A DNA stretch of 64,000 nucleotides from a virus (IMGVR_UViG_2974513674_000001:48226-112225); one strand, 5' to 3'; shown: positions 41,140 through 52,011, counted from the first letter of the stretch. Made by a program: numbers and translations. The notes: a model not told the origin generated them from the letters alone.

Positions 41140-41358
41140 ATGCCTTCAATCGCAATTTGCCCGAACGCTGACATCCCGGTGGACATCGTCAAGAACCTCA
41201 AGGGGTTCGAGACACCACTCGAAGGTGCCAAGTTCCTGATCGAAATGCACCTGAACGCTGCAAAGGGCCGGCTTGAAGCGTCCCGTCTGTTGGCTGAAGT
41301 CGACGACATGGTTCGCAAAGCCAAATCTGACTGTATCGACGAACACTTCGGTGACTGA
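41140..41358 (+). CDS. hypothetical protein
   Basis: GAGG RBS; promoter CC-N8-CC-N13-TATAAT at 41082-41112. Confidence 0.65.
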   Translation: MPSIAICPNADIPVDIVKNLKGFETPLEGAKFLIEMHLNAAKGRLEASRLLAEVDDMVRKAKSDCIDEHFGD

Positions 41359-41465
41359 ATGAGCCGCATCAAGGCTTTTGTTGAAGAAGATCCAGAGCTG
41401 ATCGTGATCATGGGCATTTTGTCCGTGATCACCGGCATCACCATTCTCGTATTGAGGTAGACATC

Positions 41466-41807
41466 ATGGCACTGCACGTCAAAACCAACCTGCAAACCTC
41501 GCTGGTCAACAAGGCCACCAACCCGGACTACTTCTACAGCGAAGACGCTGAAGATGGCGATGCTGGCATGACTCTGCCGGCAATGCAGAAGCTGGTCGGT
41601 GGCTTCATCCAAGTCGTCAATCTGCGCAAGCCCCTGGTCGTCGAGGGTATCTCCTACGTCCACCTGGTCTGCAACGAAGAAGGCAAGCTGAGCGGCCTGG
41701 CGTTCAACGCAATCGCCACCCGGCTGGCCAAGCTCGACAACTCGATCAGCGTCGGTGATGTGATCGTTGGCGACGTGCTGCTGCTTGAGCGCGGGGAAAT
41801 CAACTGA
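41466..41807 (+). CDS. DUF3846-like protein
   Basis: MQKLVGGFIQ...CNEEGK...N..AT...I.GDV. Confidence 0.7.
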   Translation: MALHVKTNLQTSLVNKATNPDYFYSEDAEDGDAGMTLPAMQKLVGGFIQVVNLRKPLVVEGISYVHLVCNEEGKLSGLAFNAIATRLAKLDNSISVGDVIVGDVLLLERGEIN

Positions 41808-42061
41808 TGGCCGTGCGCAACTTCGTCTCGATCCAGGTTCAGCCCACAATCCTCACCGGGCGCGGCGCTGAACTGGTCTCGATCAAGAACGGTGACTCTA
41901 CTCACTGGTCGATCTACCTCCGCAAGCCGGAAGGGACCGTAGAGTGGCTCGAAGACATCGCCATCAACAAGGGCAACCCGGGCACTGCCTTCAGCAAGGC
42001 TCACATTCGTGCCGCCGAGCTGTCGATGCAGTATCAGCTCCCAATCGAGAAGGTGTTCTGA
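41807..42061 (+). CDS. hypothetical protein
   Basis: TGATG coupling. Confidence 0.6.
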   Translation: MAVRNFVSIQVQPTILTGRGAELVSIKNGDSTHWSIYLRKPEGTVEWLEDIAINKGNPGTAFSKAHIRAAELSMQYQLPIEKVF

Positions 42062-42224
42062 TGGCCCGCCTGATAACCGAAGAGCAACTGGCTGAAATCA
42101 TCAACGACCTGCGTCAGCAGCCAGGGTGCATTCAGAGCGATAGATACCGGTTCGCCAACGATCACGCCTCCGAAATGATCATCAGCAAGCTCAAAACTCT
42201 GCCGAAGACCGAAGAGACTGAATA

Positions 42225-42659
42225 ATGGTCAAGTCCGTCGCTCACAAGATCGACGAGCGGGCTCTGCTGCCAGAGCCCAAGACTTGCCCGTACTGCAAGT
42301 CACCCGTCAAATACACCAGTCACGCCGAAATCTACGGTGGTCGCACCTTCAGTGATTGGCCATTCATCTACCTCTGCACCAACAAGCCATGCAGCGCGAG
42401 CGTCGGTGTACACGCCGGCACCAACCACCCGCTGGGCACCCTGGCTGATACAGCCACCAAGAACGCACGCAAAGCAGCTCATGCTGCCTTCGACCCCATC
42501 TGGAAGTCTCAGAAGAACAAGGGCAAGGCCCGGGTTGAAGCCTATCAGTGGCTCGCTGACCAGCTCGACATCGAGCGCTGGCGCTGTCACATCAGTTGGT
42601 TCGACATCAGCTACTGCCAGGCCGTCATCAAGGCTGTAGCAGCCCGCGACACCAAGTAA
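42225..42659 (+). CDS. DUF3268-like zinc-finger protein
   Basis: CPYC...C...C..SVGVH...PLGTLA...AH.AFDPIW...CHI. Confidence 0.75.
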   Translation: MVKSVAHKIDERALLPEPKTCPYCKSPVKYTSHAEIYGGRTFSDWPFIYLCTNKPCSASVGVHAGTNHPLGTLADTATKNARKAAHAAFDPIWKSQKNKGKARVEAYQWLADQLDIERWRCHISWFDISYCQAVIKAVAARDTK

Positions 42660-42769
42660 GTCTCCTGGGCTTCACTCGAAGCCCAGCCTCCCCCTCTCTC
42701 ACAGCTCGTATAATCGACGTCACAGACAAAGCGCAGTCGTTGCGCAGTCACAGTGAGGGAACGTCGCAT

Positions 42770-42988
42770 ATGAGCTTACAAGAGCTTTTCCGCAATGCTC
42801 GACAGCTTGAGCAATTCGAGCAATCAGCACGCGATCAGGGTTTCACGAACTTCGGCAAGCGTGGCGGGTTCTACAACCTGTCCGACCTGAACATCTTCGC
42901 ATCCGGCTACCTGGCCTGCCTGAAGTCGCTGCCAAAACCTGAGAAGGCGCACGTCATCGACGTTGAGCGAGTGGCATCGTGCATCTGA
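42770..42988 (+). CDS. hypothetical protein
   Basis: behind promoter at 42683-42714. Confidence 0.55.
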   Translation: MSLQELFRNARQLEQFEQSARDQGFTNFGKRGGFYNLSDLNIFASGYLACLKSLPKPEKAHVIDVERVASCI

Positions 42989-43524
42989 GTCCTGAGTACA
43001 ACCTGGTCAAGTCCTACTACGGTGATCAGCGCGCCAAGCGTTCCGGTGTCCTCAAGATGAACCACATCGACGAAGGCATCGAAATGCTGCGTGTGATGGG
43101 TGCAAGTGAGCTGGCCATCAAAGCCTACTGCCTGCACCCTCTGGCCCAGGGTGGTGACTTCGGCTGGGAAATGGTTCTGACCACGCCCGGCCTGAACCCG
43201 AAAGCCGTGATCCTCTCGACCCAGTATCGTGACAAGGCAAACGCCTACCTGTGCCGGCCCAACACCGATCACTACACGGTCGAGAGCCTGAACGACGTCA
43301 TTGGCCCTCTGAGCCAAGACCTGATCCACATGCTGGTGGCTGACAAGATCCAGAACGAGAAAGACTTCGATCTGTATCACAAGGGCACCCACGCTCGCAG
43401 CGCCGAACTCTCCCGGTACTTCTGCATCTGGCTCGACTACCTTGAGGTGGCTGAAGCCAACCTGAAGAAAGAATCCGGCCGTCTGAAGTACCGCCATAAA
43501 TACCGCGACCACAAGAAGAAGTGA
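42979..43524 (+). CDS. hypothetical protein
   Basis: RSGV..MNHIDEG...YCLHP; family not confidently recognised. Confidence 0.65.
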   Translation: MHLSPEYNLVKSYYGDQRAKRSGVLKMNHIDEGIEMLRVMGASELAIKAYCLHPLAQGGDFGWEMVLTTPGLNPKAVILSTQYRDKANAYLCRPNTDHYTVESLNDVIGPLSQDLIHMLVADKIQNEKDFDLYHKGTHARSAELSRYFCIWLDYLEVAEANLKKESGRLKYRHKYRDHKKK

Positions 43525-44891
43525 CCATGACAACTATCCACCGCGTTTTCCTCTACAGCAGCGACGTCGGCCGTCTGACACACGAAGACGACTTCAACAC
43601 CCCCGAAGAAGCGAAAGCCTGCGTCGAGCAGTGGATCGATGACCGTGATTGGGATGAAGAGCTGGAACGTGGCATGTTCCGCATCGACGTGCGCAAGAAC
43701 GGCCACCTGAAGGGCAACTACGGCGCCTACGCTCACGCCTATCCGATCCTGAAGAAGCCTGTGAGCGTCGAAGGCGAGAGCATCGAAGCCTTCAACGAGA
43801 AGAACCGCAAGTACCAGACCGACATCCAGGTCAAGTCGCGCCAGATCCTGGGTCATGTGCCGTATCCGACCCGTGAATGTGCTGAGCTGGCCATCGACCG
43901 AGCTGTTGACGAGCTGGCTCAAGAGCTGGACATCAGGCTGTACGGCCGCATTCAGCGTGAGCAGCGCGCTGCCGGCATTCATGAGCGCTTCATCACCGAC
44001 CTCACGCCATTCGGCTTCAAGGTCTATCGCGGTGATGGTCCGAAGTTCCAGTACGACGAATCGGTGACCATCGAAGACCTGAAAAACCTGAAGTTCCCAG
44101 AGCCGAGCACCATCCTCTCGAAAAGACAGGGTTTCGACGTCAAGTCCGGCGCTCTGCGAGTCACCGACCCTTGCTACAGCCTGGACACCTGGTGTGCCGG
44201 CACCACCAGCAACGTCATGAATGGCCGCTGGCTCGCACAAGTTGGCCAGCACCGTGAAGCGATGGACAAGTGGACGAAAGAACGCTTCGAGAAAGAAATC
44301 GCCGAGCTTGAGAACCCGGAAGAGCAGATTCGGGTCAAGCAACTGCAAGAAGCCATCAAGAACCTGGATGGCCTTGAGCTTGAAGAGGCTCAGAAGAACC
44401 TCAAGGGCCTGATTGGCTTCTACGAGAGCCACGCACTGCGCGAGTTCGGCCGCTGCTGGGGCAACCCTGACGACTGGAGCGGTCGAGTAGCCTTCCTGCA
44501 CATCCGGCATGAGTCTGTAGCGAACGAGCCGATTGACCCGCTCTCCTTCGTGCCGAACGATGACTTCCAGGTTGGTGTGGACAGTGGACAGGCCGGGTTC
44601 TTTGACCTCGCACCGTTCGAGCTGGTCGCAGCCCAGAAGGAACATAAGGGCGACACGCCAGAACATGAAGCCTTCTACGAGGCGTGCGGCGAGAACACCC
44701 TGGGATCGGAAATGTGGGGCATCGTCCAGGGTATGGGTTGCGTCAGCAGCAGCGGTTATGGCGACGGCGGCTACAAGCTGTGCGAACGTCGCAACGAAGC
44801 CGGCGAGCTGATCGAGGCTCGCATCGTCTACATGCTCGAAGGCAGCGAAATGTTCCCGGGCATTGGCGGTGACGAAGAAGACGAGGAATAA
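43521..44891 (+). CDS. DUF4241-like domain protein
   Basis: VTDPCY, GVDSGQAGF, SSGYGDGGY. Confidence 0.65.
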   Translation: MTMTTIHRVFLYSSDVGRLTHEDDFNTPEEAKACVEQWIDDRDWDEELERGMFRIDVRKNGHLKGNYGAYAHAYPILKKPVSVEGESIEAFNEKNRKYQTDIQVKSRQILGHVPYPTRECAELAIDRAVDELAQELDIRLYGRIQREQRAAGIHERFITDLTPFGFKVYRGDGPKFQYDESVTIEDLKNLKFPEPSTILSKRQGFDVKSGALRVTDPCYSLDTWCAGTTSNVMNGRWLAQVGQHREAMDKWTKERFEKEIAELENPEEQIRVKQLQEAIKNLDGLELEEAQKNLKGLIGFYESHALREFGRCWGNPDDWSGRVAFLHIRHESVANEPIDPLSFVPNDDFQVGVDSGQAGFFDLAPFELVAAQKEHKGDTPEHEAFYEACGENTLGSEMWGIVQGMGCVSSSGYGDGGYKLCERRNEAGELIEARIVYMLEGSEMFPGIGGDEEDEE

Positions 44892-44895
44892 GTAG

Positions 44896-45288
44896 ATGGC
44901 CACATTGACCGGCAAGCTGATCGCAAAAGCCCAACGTGCAATCGTGGCCTACTACCACCTCTGCACCGATCATGACGACTGGGGCACCCTGGATGAGCAC
45001 TGGCTTCAGGTTCTCGCTGAGAGCCCGGCACCAGGCTACTTGAACAGGTACTTCGTCCGAGTCAAGAACACCAGACGCTTCGAGCACCAGAAGAACGCTC
45101 TGAGCGACATCGACCGCAGCAGAGGCATCATGTGCGTCACCTTTCTGCATGGGTCGATCACACCTGACACCGGGTGGTACATCAAGCCGAGTGGTCGCCA
45201 TGCAAACCCACTCGAAAACTATCAACATAGAGACGCGCAAGAAGAGATTGCGACCAACAGACCAGAGAATTTCGGGAGCTGGGCATGA
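44896..45288 (+). CDS. hypothetical protein, C-terminal tag RPENFGSWA
   Basis: GAGG RBS. Confidence 0.68.
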   Translation: MATLTGKLIAKAQRAIVAYYHLCTDHDDWGTLDEHWLQVLAESPAPGYLNRYFVRVKNTRRFEHQKNALSDIDRSRGIMCVTFLHGSITPDTGWYIKPSGRHANPLENYQHRDAQEEIATNRPENFGSWA

Positions 45289-45701
45289 GTGGTATGAACA
45301 CCGAGCAGTGCAAAGAGCTGATCATGAAGGTGATGAACGAGCTGATCACCAAAGTTGGTCTGAACGCAATGGCCGTCTACCGCCAGGAGACTGGCAGCTC
45401 GCTTCAAGATGTGCTCGACACCAAGAAGTGGAAACGCACGCGCAAGTGGGGATCGGCCGGCAACGTCAGCCGTGAGTTCTCGCACATGGGCTTCAGGGCC
45501 ACCGTCGTGCTGCGTGAGGTGATAAACACAGACGGCACGCTCAGTGTCGAGATTGAAATGGGTGAGCTGCCGAAACCTCTGCAAGAGGCAACGAAAGACC
45601 TGAAAGACCTTGACCTGCCGGGCGATCAGACCGCGCGGCGCGTAGACAAACCATCAATGACAGAGGGGCCGAAGCCAGAAGGTTTCGGGGCATTCGCATG
45701 A
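45285..45701 (+). CDS. hypothetical protein, C-terminal tag KPEGFGAFA
   Basis: ATGA coupling. Confidence 0.68.
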   Translation: MSGMNTEQCKELIMKVMNELITKVGLNAMAVYRQETGSSLQDVLDTKKWKRTRKWGSAGNVSREFSHMGFRATVVLREVINTDGTLSVEIEMGELPKPLQEATKDLKDLDLPGDQTARRVDKPSMTEGPKPEGFGAFA

Positions 45702-46006
45702 GCATCTTGACCCGCAAGGTTACTATCAAAGAGGACGAGCTGGGCCTGTTCGTGCTGTACAAGCCCAGGTTTCCTCAGAAGAACATGGGTGACAAGTTCG
45801 TCATCCGGCTGCCGGCCAAGCGAAATATGTTCGACAGCGACAAGATCGACCCGCCGTTCGAGGCAGGTCAGAAGGTGCTGGTGCAGGAATTCAACCCGAA
45901 CATGGGCTGGTTCAAGGTACGGCGTCAGGGTGATGGGCAGTATGGGCTGTGGGATGGCCCACGCTGGGTAACTAACGGATTCACGGCATGTTGGGTGGAG
46001 CAATGA
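45698..46006 (+). CDS. hypothetical protein
   Basis: ATGA coupling. Confidence 0.6.
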   Translation: MSILTRKVTIKEDELGLFVLYKPRFPQKNMGDKFVIRLPAKRNMFDSDKIDPPFEAGQKVLVQEFNPNMGWFKVRRQGDGQYGLWDGPRWVTNGFTACWVEQ

Positions 46007-46188
46007 ACCACGAAATCTTCCGCAAAGAGTACGGCGGCGAAGACATCAACGACATCGAACGGGATATGTCTGAAGCCTTCGATCCAGATTACAACCCGAA
46101 AGCGGCCATCGTGACCACTGACGAGCATGGCTTCGTCAACGGCAAGGTTGTCGTCACCATGACCTGGGTGCCCGACGATGAATCTTGA
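46003..46188 (+). CDS. hypothetical protein
   Basis: GGAG RBS; ATGA coupling. Confidence 0.55.
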   Translation: MNHEIFRKEYGGEDINDIERDMSEAFDPDYNPKAAIVTTDEHGFVNGKVVVTMTWVPDDES

Positions 46189-46350
46189 AACCCCCTGCAC
46201 TGACGAGCCAACAAATTCTGCCGTATTCAACATCGACAAAGATGAAGGCTTTCTCAGCATTGAGCTTGAGCTGAATGATGGCGACACCCACATGACTCTC
46301 ATGAGCCTGAAAGACGCCGAAGTTTTGCGTCAGTGGCTGTGTGACAACCT

Positions 46351-46722
46351 GTGAGTAAGTTCAACCCATACGCGCTGAACAAGCCGTGCGAGAACTGCCC
46401 GTTCCTGAAAGACGAGAGCAAGGCCATCAGGCTGCAACGAGGCCGGCGTGACGGGATCATCGAAGACCTGCTCGACGGCTCAGTAACCGGCTTCTCATGT
46501 CACAAGACAGTCCACAGCAAGACGGGCGGCGAGTGGGATGAAGATGGGGACGGCAGCTACATCCCGTCAGGCCGTGAGCTTGAGTGCGCCGGTGCTATCG
46601 CCGTACTTGAGAAGCTGAATCGTCCCACTCAGCTCATGCGCATCATGGAACGCATGGGTGCATATGACCGCAACAAGTACATCCCTCTCTTCGATCTGGT
46701 CATCGACTACGATCCCACCTGA
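46351..46722 (+). CDS. Cys-rich hypothetical protein
   Basis: PCENCPF...FSCHKT...CAGA. Confidence 0.65.
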   Translation: MSKFNPYALNKPCENCPFLKDESKAIRLQRGRRDGIIEDLLDGSVTGFSCHKTVHSKTGGEWDEDGDGSYIPSGRELECAGAIAVLEKLNRPTQLMRIMERMGAYDRNKYIPLFDLVIDYDPT

Positions 46723-46760
46723 TCTGCTAAGGTAAAGCCCTCACTTCAGAGGGCTTTATC

Positions 46761-47105
46761 ATGAGCAAGACCGAATTCACCTTCAAAGTTTCCGGCGACA
46801 CCACCATCGGTAAGCTGGTCACCTCCCAGAAACACCCGGCCGCCACACTTGAGCTGAAAGATGGCACTGTCACGCTGAACAGCCGTGAGTACCTCAGTTC
46901 TGAACCTGTCAGCCAGGTCATCGTGCAGGGTGTGAAGCGCGGCGCCATCCTCAATATCACCGTCGAGCGCACTGAACGTCAGGTGCTGACCGTTACAGTC
47001 GATGAACACAAGGTGGTCAGCCATTTGAACTGGCCGTCGTACCGCGGCGAGCCAATGAGCTTCACCTTCAAGCGCGGCCAGAAGCCGTCAGAGCTGGCTG
47101 AGTAA
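46761..47105 (+). CDS. hypothetical protein
   Basis: ORF following a hairpin. Confidence 0.6.
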   Translation: MSKTEFTFKVSGDTTIGKLVTSQKHPAATLELKDGTVTLNSREYLSSEPVSQVIVQGVKRGAILNITVERTERQVLTVTVDEHKVVSHLNWPSYRGEPMSFTFKRGQKPSELAE

Positions 47106-47200
47106 CCAAAGTGCGCTGCTGGTCGCCGACTGGCAGCCACGCACTGCCTTGATCTGTCTCGTAAAATGCTTGCACACGTCACAAACGAGAGTGCAAGAAA

Positions 47201-47752
47201 ATGACAGATAAGAAGAACGGCCATGACCACGACCCAGCTCATGAGTGCGCACACTGCGCAGCACTCGCTTCAGGCATGTCTGAAGAAGAGGCTCTTGTCG
47301 CCGGCCTGCTGACCACTCAGCAGATGATCCAGGCTCACGGCATCGCAGTCATGGGTGTCGGTCCTGACCCTGAGACTGGCATCCCCTCGTTCTGCTACAC
47401 CACTGGGTTCACCAGCATTGGCTTCCCAGAAGTCATCTGCTTCGGCGTAGACCCTCGCGTTCTCACCCACGTCTTCAACATCTACCACGCTGAGCTGCTT
47501 GCGGGCAGCAAACAGCCGGGTGCCGGGTTGATCGACTACTTCGAGCTGCCGATTCATGCCATCGAGTGCGACTTCGACAACGCCAAAGAGTTCGCGACCC
47601 AGGCTGTCGCCTACTACGAGATTGTCGAAGACGACAAGGTCACACCGAATTTCGTTCAATGGGTGCTGGCTGACATGAACGGCAAGATGCCCTGGGAACC
47701 CGGCTTCAACCCGGCGTTCACTCAACCGCTGCTGGGAGCAACACCGGAATGA
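47201..47752 (+). CDS. DUF4262-like protein
   Basis: FCYTTG...PEVICFG...Q.V..D..G..PWE. Confidence 0.7.
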   Translation: MTDKKNGHDHDPAHECAHCAALASGMSEEEALVAGLLTTQQMIQAHGIAVMGVGPDPETGIPSFCYTTGFTSIGFPEVICFGVDPRVLTHVFNIYHAELLAGSKQPGAGLIDYFELPIHAIECDFDNAKEFATQAVAYYEIVEDDKVTPNFVQWVLADMNGKMPWEPGFNPAFTQPLLGATPE

Positions 47753-48174
47753 ACATCGAAAACCTGAGCGTGGCTGACGGTCTGACCGTAGCTGACATCG
47801 ACAAGCTGACCCGGGTGCCGAGTCACCTGACTCACCTGTTCGACGATGTAGCCGTATTCAAGGCTGAGCTGAAGATGGCCTGCGAGAACCTGAGCCGCAG
47901 TGAGGCCCTGATGGCCATGATGCTGACGGACCAGACTGAAGCCTCGATGAAGGCCATTCGCCTTGAGACGGCTGAAATCAGCAAGAAGATGAACGCCGTC
48001 ATGCGCAATCGCTTCACGCTGCCAAGCGGTCAAGGTGACTTCAAGGCCATGATGATCTGGGGCACAGTGATGGCTCTGTTCTCGGACAAGTCGGCACTGA
48101 CGAACCAACAGCGTGATATGTTGGTTGAAACCGGCGCCCTTCGTGACCTCCTGCACAGTCGGGTAGCACAGTAA
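47749..48174 (+). CDS. hypothetical protein
   Basis: ATGA coupling. Confidence 0.65.
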   Translation: MNIENLSVADGLTVADIDKLTRVPSHLTHLFDDVAVFKAELKMACENLSRSEALMAMMLTDQTEASMKAIRLETAEISKKMNAVMRNRFTLPSGQGDFKAMMIWGTVMALFSDKSALTNQQRDMLVETGALRDLLHSRVAQ

Positions 48175-48265
48175 AACGCTTGCAAACGCCAACACTCCCC
48201 AGTTGCTCTCTCGTAAAATGATCACAACAGCAGCAAACAAGCTGCGATAACGAGAGAGCAACATC

Positions 48266-48829
48266 ATGACCAAGAAAACTTACGAAGATGGCCTGCCCCT
48301 GGGCGTGATTGGTATCTTCAACTTCCGCGAAATCACCGATCTTCAGATCATGGTCCCGATGGGCCTGCGCACCAAGTACGAAGCTGTGATGCGTGCAAAA
48401 GACCGCACCATCGTTGCTCGCGTCGAATTCGCCGAGTACCTGAAGCTGCGCAGCCACCTCGCCGAAGAAATGCACATCGGCCTGAAGTACACCGACTGCG
48501 TGCTCGACGCCACTCTCGACTTCAACAAACGCTTTGAAGCCGCCCGGGCCGAGAACAAGCCGAGTTCTATGCTCAGTCAGTATGAGTCACGCGGCGTGAC
48601 CTACAGCGTCATACATCACCCGGCTCAGCACCATGTTCATTACAACCCGGCTCAAGACCGCATTGAGCCCGAGTTCTACCGCGCTGTGGCTCAGCACACA
48701 GCCGTCGAAGACCCTGACGAGTGCCTTATCTTCGACGAAGTCGTCGATACCCTGTTCGATGCCGTTGTTGTGATTCGTACCCACATCGAGAAAGACCTGA
48801 TCAACACCTTCATGAAGGGGACCATGTGA
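48266..48829 (+). CDS. hypothetical protein
   Basis: promoter CC-N8-CC-N13-TAAAAT at 48189-48219. Confidence 0.68.
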   Translation: MTKKTYEDGLPLGVIGIFNFREITDLQIMVPMGLRTKYEAVMRAKDRTIVARVEFAEYLKLRSHLAEEMHIGLKYTDCVLDATLDFNKRFEAARAENKPSSMLSQYESRGVTYSVIHHPAQHHVHYNPAQDRIEPEFYRAVAQHTAVEDPDECLIFDEVVDTLFDAVVVIRTHIEKDLINTFMKGTM

Positions 48830-49299
48830 TGACCGTCTTCACTGCCACCAAGCCAAAATGCGTACAGACCAACAACGGTGTCGCCTGGGCCACCTCGATC
48901 AAAGTGAACGGCATCGTCGTCGCCAAGATCAGCAACGATGGTCGCGGCGCCTGTGACGATCATCATTGGCTCGACAAGTCCCACGTTGACGAGTTTGTGG
49001 CTCAGACCGAAGCGTACAACGCCGGGTTGAAAGAGAACCTGCACGCCATGTTCGACAAGAAGGATCATCGCGGGCAACCCGGCGCTGACTTCTGCTCAGG
49101 CTTTGTTGAGCACCTCATGCAAGAAGCCGAGAAGCTGGCTCTGTTCGAGCGTGACTGCAAGAAGCACGTTGTGGTGCAACTGCCGGGCAAAGACACCCTG
49201 AGCCTGGTCAAGAACACTCGGCCGACACCCGAGCTTGTCGCCAAGCTCAAGAAGCAGTACCCAGGCATCAAAATTCTCAACCCAGGATTCGACAAATGA
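48829..49299 (+). CDS. hypothetical protein
   Basis: NDGRGA motif; coupled to upstream gene. Confidence 0.65.
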   Translation: MTVFTATKPKCVQTNNGVAWATSIKVNGIVVAKISNDGRGACDDHHWLDKSHVDEFVAQTEAYNAGLKENLHAMFDKKDHRGQPGADFCSGFVEHLMQEAEKLALFERDCKKHVVVQLPGKDTLSLVKNTRPTPELVAKLKKQYPGIKILNPGFDK

Positions 49300-49496
49300 C
49301 CGCTGTGAAATCTGTGACCGCAAAGCCACTCACCGGCTTCGAGAAGAAAAAGACCCTCGAACACTTCGGCTGCGAGTTCAAGAAAGAGGGTGACCCAGTA
49401 GAGTGGCGCTGCTACTTCGAGGGTCAAGTGATCGGTAAAGGCCGGCTTCAGATCGACGCAGTGAACGCGGCAGTCGAAGCGCTCGGTGGTGAATAG
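49296..49496 (+). CDS. hypothetical protein
   Basis: ATGA coupling; followed by a terminator at 49517-49548. Confidence 0.6.
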   Translation: MTAVKSVTAKPLTGFEKKKTLEHFGCEFKKEGDPVEWRCYFEGQVIGKGRLQIDAVNAAVEALGGE

Positions 49497-49969
49497 ATAA
49501 AATAATCGCTTGCAAGAAGGCCGCTGAGAACCAGTGGCCTTTCTTTTCATGAACATGCTGCCTTGGCCCCCTGAACATAGCCGAACTTTGAACATACGGT
49601 TGTGCAACCGTTTATGCGACAAAAGCCAACATCTACGGGGGTTAGACAGGCGTTTACCTGTGTTTGCATGTTACTGGGTTGTTCATAGCCCACTGAGACG
49701 TTTCTACAGTCACTCGCACACGAAAACAGATCGTCGGGAAGACGTCTGAGACGTTCTGAGAGCGACGAACCAGATCGAAACAAATCAGCGTAGCGCTCAG
49801 ACAAGAACGCAGCTTAAAAGCGCTCTGAGAGCGTCGTGATTTTTGAGTAGGCAGCCGGATTGTGAGCCGATGCTCTCCCTCATAAAACAAGAGATAATTA
49901 GATAGCTAGAAGTATAAATAAGGGAAGAGTTGGATGAGGCTCTTCAGGTACAACCAACGAGGGATTCAC

Positions 49970-50347
49970 ATGAGCACGAACCCGGATCAACTGCGGAGCT
50001 TGGCCACGATCAGCAGCTTGGCGATCAGCCTGCAAAAGCAGAATCTCAGCGACATCCAGATGGACCTGCTTGAAGTGGCTGTCCACCTGATGACCAACAT
50101 CGCGGTTCAATCGACACTGCACGGCCGAGAAGGCTTGAGCCCCGCAGAGCCGGTAGCCCCACTTGACTTCGTACACGGCGAGCCCGTTGATGTCGAAATC
50201 AAAGAGACCCGCGTTTCACACGCCTACTGGCAGCGCACCACGATTGTGGGCAAGATCACTGACGAGAAAGGCGTCTCTGTGTACCGCACAGCGCGCACCA
50301 AAGACGCCTGGATGGAAGACAGCCAGCTCAGAAAGGTGAAGCAGTGA
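49970..50347 (+). CDS. hypothetical protein
   Basis: GAGGG RBS; promoter at 49867-49898. Confidence 0.6.
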   Translation: MSTNPDQLRSLATISSLAISLQKQNLSDIQMDLLEVAVHLMTNIAVQSTLHGREGLSPAEPVAPLDFVHGEPVDVEIKETRVSHAYWQRTTIVGKITDEKGVSVYRTARTKDAWMEDSQLRKVKQ

Positions 50348-50856
50348 ACCGCTACAAAGGCGTCTTCAAGATCACCTTCAGCTCAGTCCTGGCCAAGCAC
50401 GGCTGGGACTTGGCATACGATCTTGACGGGTACATGAAGACCATCGACAGGCCCAACGTACCGCGTCTGCTGCCGCATATCAGGCTCAACAAGGAAGGTC
50501 ACCCGGCTACCGCTCAAGACGACACCGGGCGCAAGAAGGAGAAGACCCTCGCAAGCCTCTACGTGCCTGAAATGAACCGAGTGGTCAAAGCCGTCTACGA
50601 CCCCAGCTATGAAGACCCGGACTACAGGTACAGGCTCATGGTCTACGAGTTCGGGGTGAACGCCACATCAGACACCAACATCCTTGAAAGCGACACCTAC
50701 GGCGGCCTGTACTACCTGCTCCTGGCATTCTGCGAATACTGGGTGAACAACGATCACCTGGACTGCACAGAGTACCTGGAGGTTCACGTAGCAGCCCGGC
50801 CGGTGAAGGAGGTCTCGGAAGCCTACAGGGACAAGGGTTACGGTCTCTTTGGCTGA
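50344..50856 (+). CDS. hypothetical protein, C-terminal tag GYGLFG
   Basis: GTGA coupling. Confidence 0.65.
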   Translation: MNRYKGVFKITFSSVLAKHGWDLAYDLDGYMKTIDRPNVPRLLPHIRLNKEGHPATAQDDTGRKKEKTLASLYVPEMNRVVKAVYDPSYEDPDYRYRLMVYEFGVNATSDTNILESDTYGGLYYLLLAFCEYWVNNDHLDCTEYLEVHVAARPVKEVSEAYRDKGYGLFG

Positions 50857-51026
50857 TCACTAAGGCTTGTCCAAACGTGCAGCGGGAGCCAACACACGCC
50901 ATACGCTCTCGCTGCATAATGAACGCGCAACACACAAGAACAGAGCTGCGCAAGAAGCGCCCTCAATAACCATTAGGAACCCGCTATACGTCTTGAACCT
51001 AACCCAATCGCAACTGAGGTAACACC

Positions 51027-51317
51027 ATGAACGCAACCGCTCGTAAGACCAATAATAATGCCAACAACGTCGTACCGATGGGGCAAACCAATCGAGCAAT
51101 CCTGACCTTCGCCGACCTCGTCGTAGGTGATCGTTTCCAACCAATCTACGCAGTGGGCAAGCAGTACCCGATCTACACCAAGACCCGGCATGACCAGGCT
51201 CGGTGTCACTCTGTCGAGGGCATTCAGCTCAAGAAGAAAGGTCACGGGTATCTGGACGACCCAATCGTATCTGTGAGTGCCAATGAAAAGATCCGCTTCA
51301 TCCCAGTCGGTGAATAA
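51027..51317 (+). CDS. hypothetical protein
   Basis: GAGG RBS. Confidence 0.62.
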   Translation: MNATARKTNNNANNVVPMGQTNRAILTFADLVVGDRFQPIYAVGKQYPIYTKTRHDQARCHSVEGIQLKKKGHGYLDDPIVSVSANEKIRFIPVGE

Positions 51318-51404
51318 GCAGAGCTAGAACCTGAACCAGCCCTTGCAGTCAAGCTGGTTCAGGTATTACCTCTGAACGCCGCGGCACAACCAAAAGAGAC
51401 GCTC

Positions 51405-51755
51405 ATGCGCAAGAAGAAGCCAGCTCCAACCCCAACTGATCCAGGTATCTGGGCAGACCCGGAACCCAGGTTCAAGCCCGATCCCAGTCCCAAAACCGTG
51501 AACGTGACGGTCAATTTCACCGACATCCCACCAAACCCGGAATTCGACAAAGCGTTTGCAGGGATACTCAGAAGCCAGGTAATCGGCCAACTTGCAAGAG
51601 ACCCCGGCAAGAGCAAACTGGTAAACACACCAGGTGGCATCGCCCTGAAATCAAAGTCCCTAAGCCCAGAAGAACACATGGAGTTCATCAGAGGCATGAT
51701 GAAGACAGCCCAGCAAGAGATTCACCGTACAGGAGGTAGCACCAGTGACGAGTAA
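51405..51755 (+). CDS. hypothetical protein
   Basis: ORF in an A-rich region. Confidence 0.5.
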   Translation: MRKKKPAPTPTDPGIWADPEPRFKPDPSPKTVNVTVNFTDIPPNPEFDKAFAGILRSQVIGQLARDPGKSKLVNTPGGIALKSKSLSPEEHMEFIRGMMKTAQQEIHRTGGSTSDE

Positions 51756-52011
51756 CCAGATTCTCCAGGGCAACACCCCTGAATACGAAGCCTACATAGA
51801 GACGGCTTACGCAAGACACCTAGAGAACCAGGCAATGCACCTAGCAGGAATCAAAGGCCGATACCACCACCTGAATCTCGACTGGACACCCGAAATCGAA
51901 AAGGAAGCCATGAGAAGGGACGGAGGTGGAATCACCGCTTACCTGAGAAAAATCTCAGAGGACCAAGCACAAGCCAGAAGAGAAAGACTGGAAGCATGGG
52001 GAACCTGGTAG
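51745..52011 (+). CDS. hypothetical protein (ends AWGTW)
   Basis: AGGAGG RBS. Confidence 0.55.
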   Translation: MTSNQILQGNTPEYEAYIETAYARHLENQAMHLAGIKGRYHHLNLDWTPEIEKEAMRRDGGGITAYLRKISEDQAQARRERLEAWGTW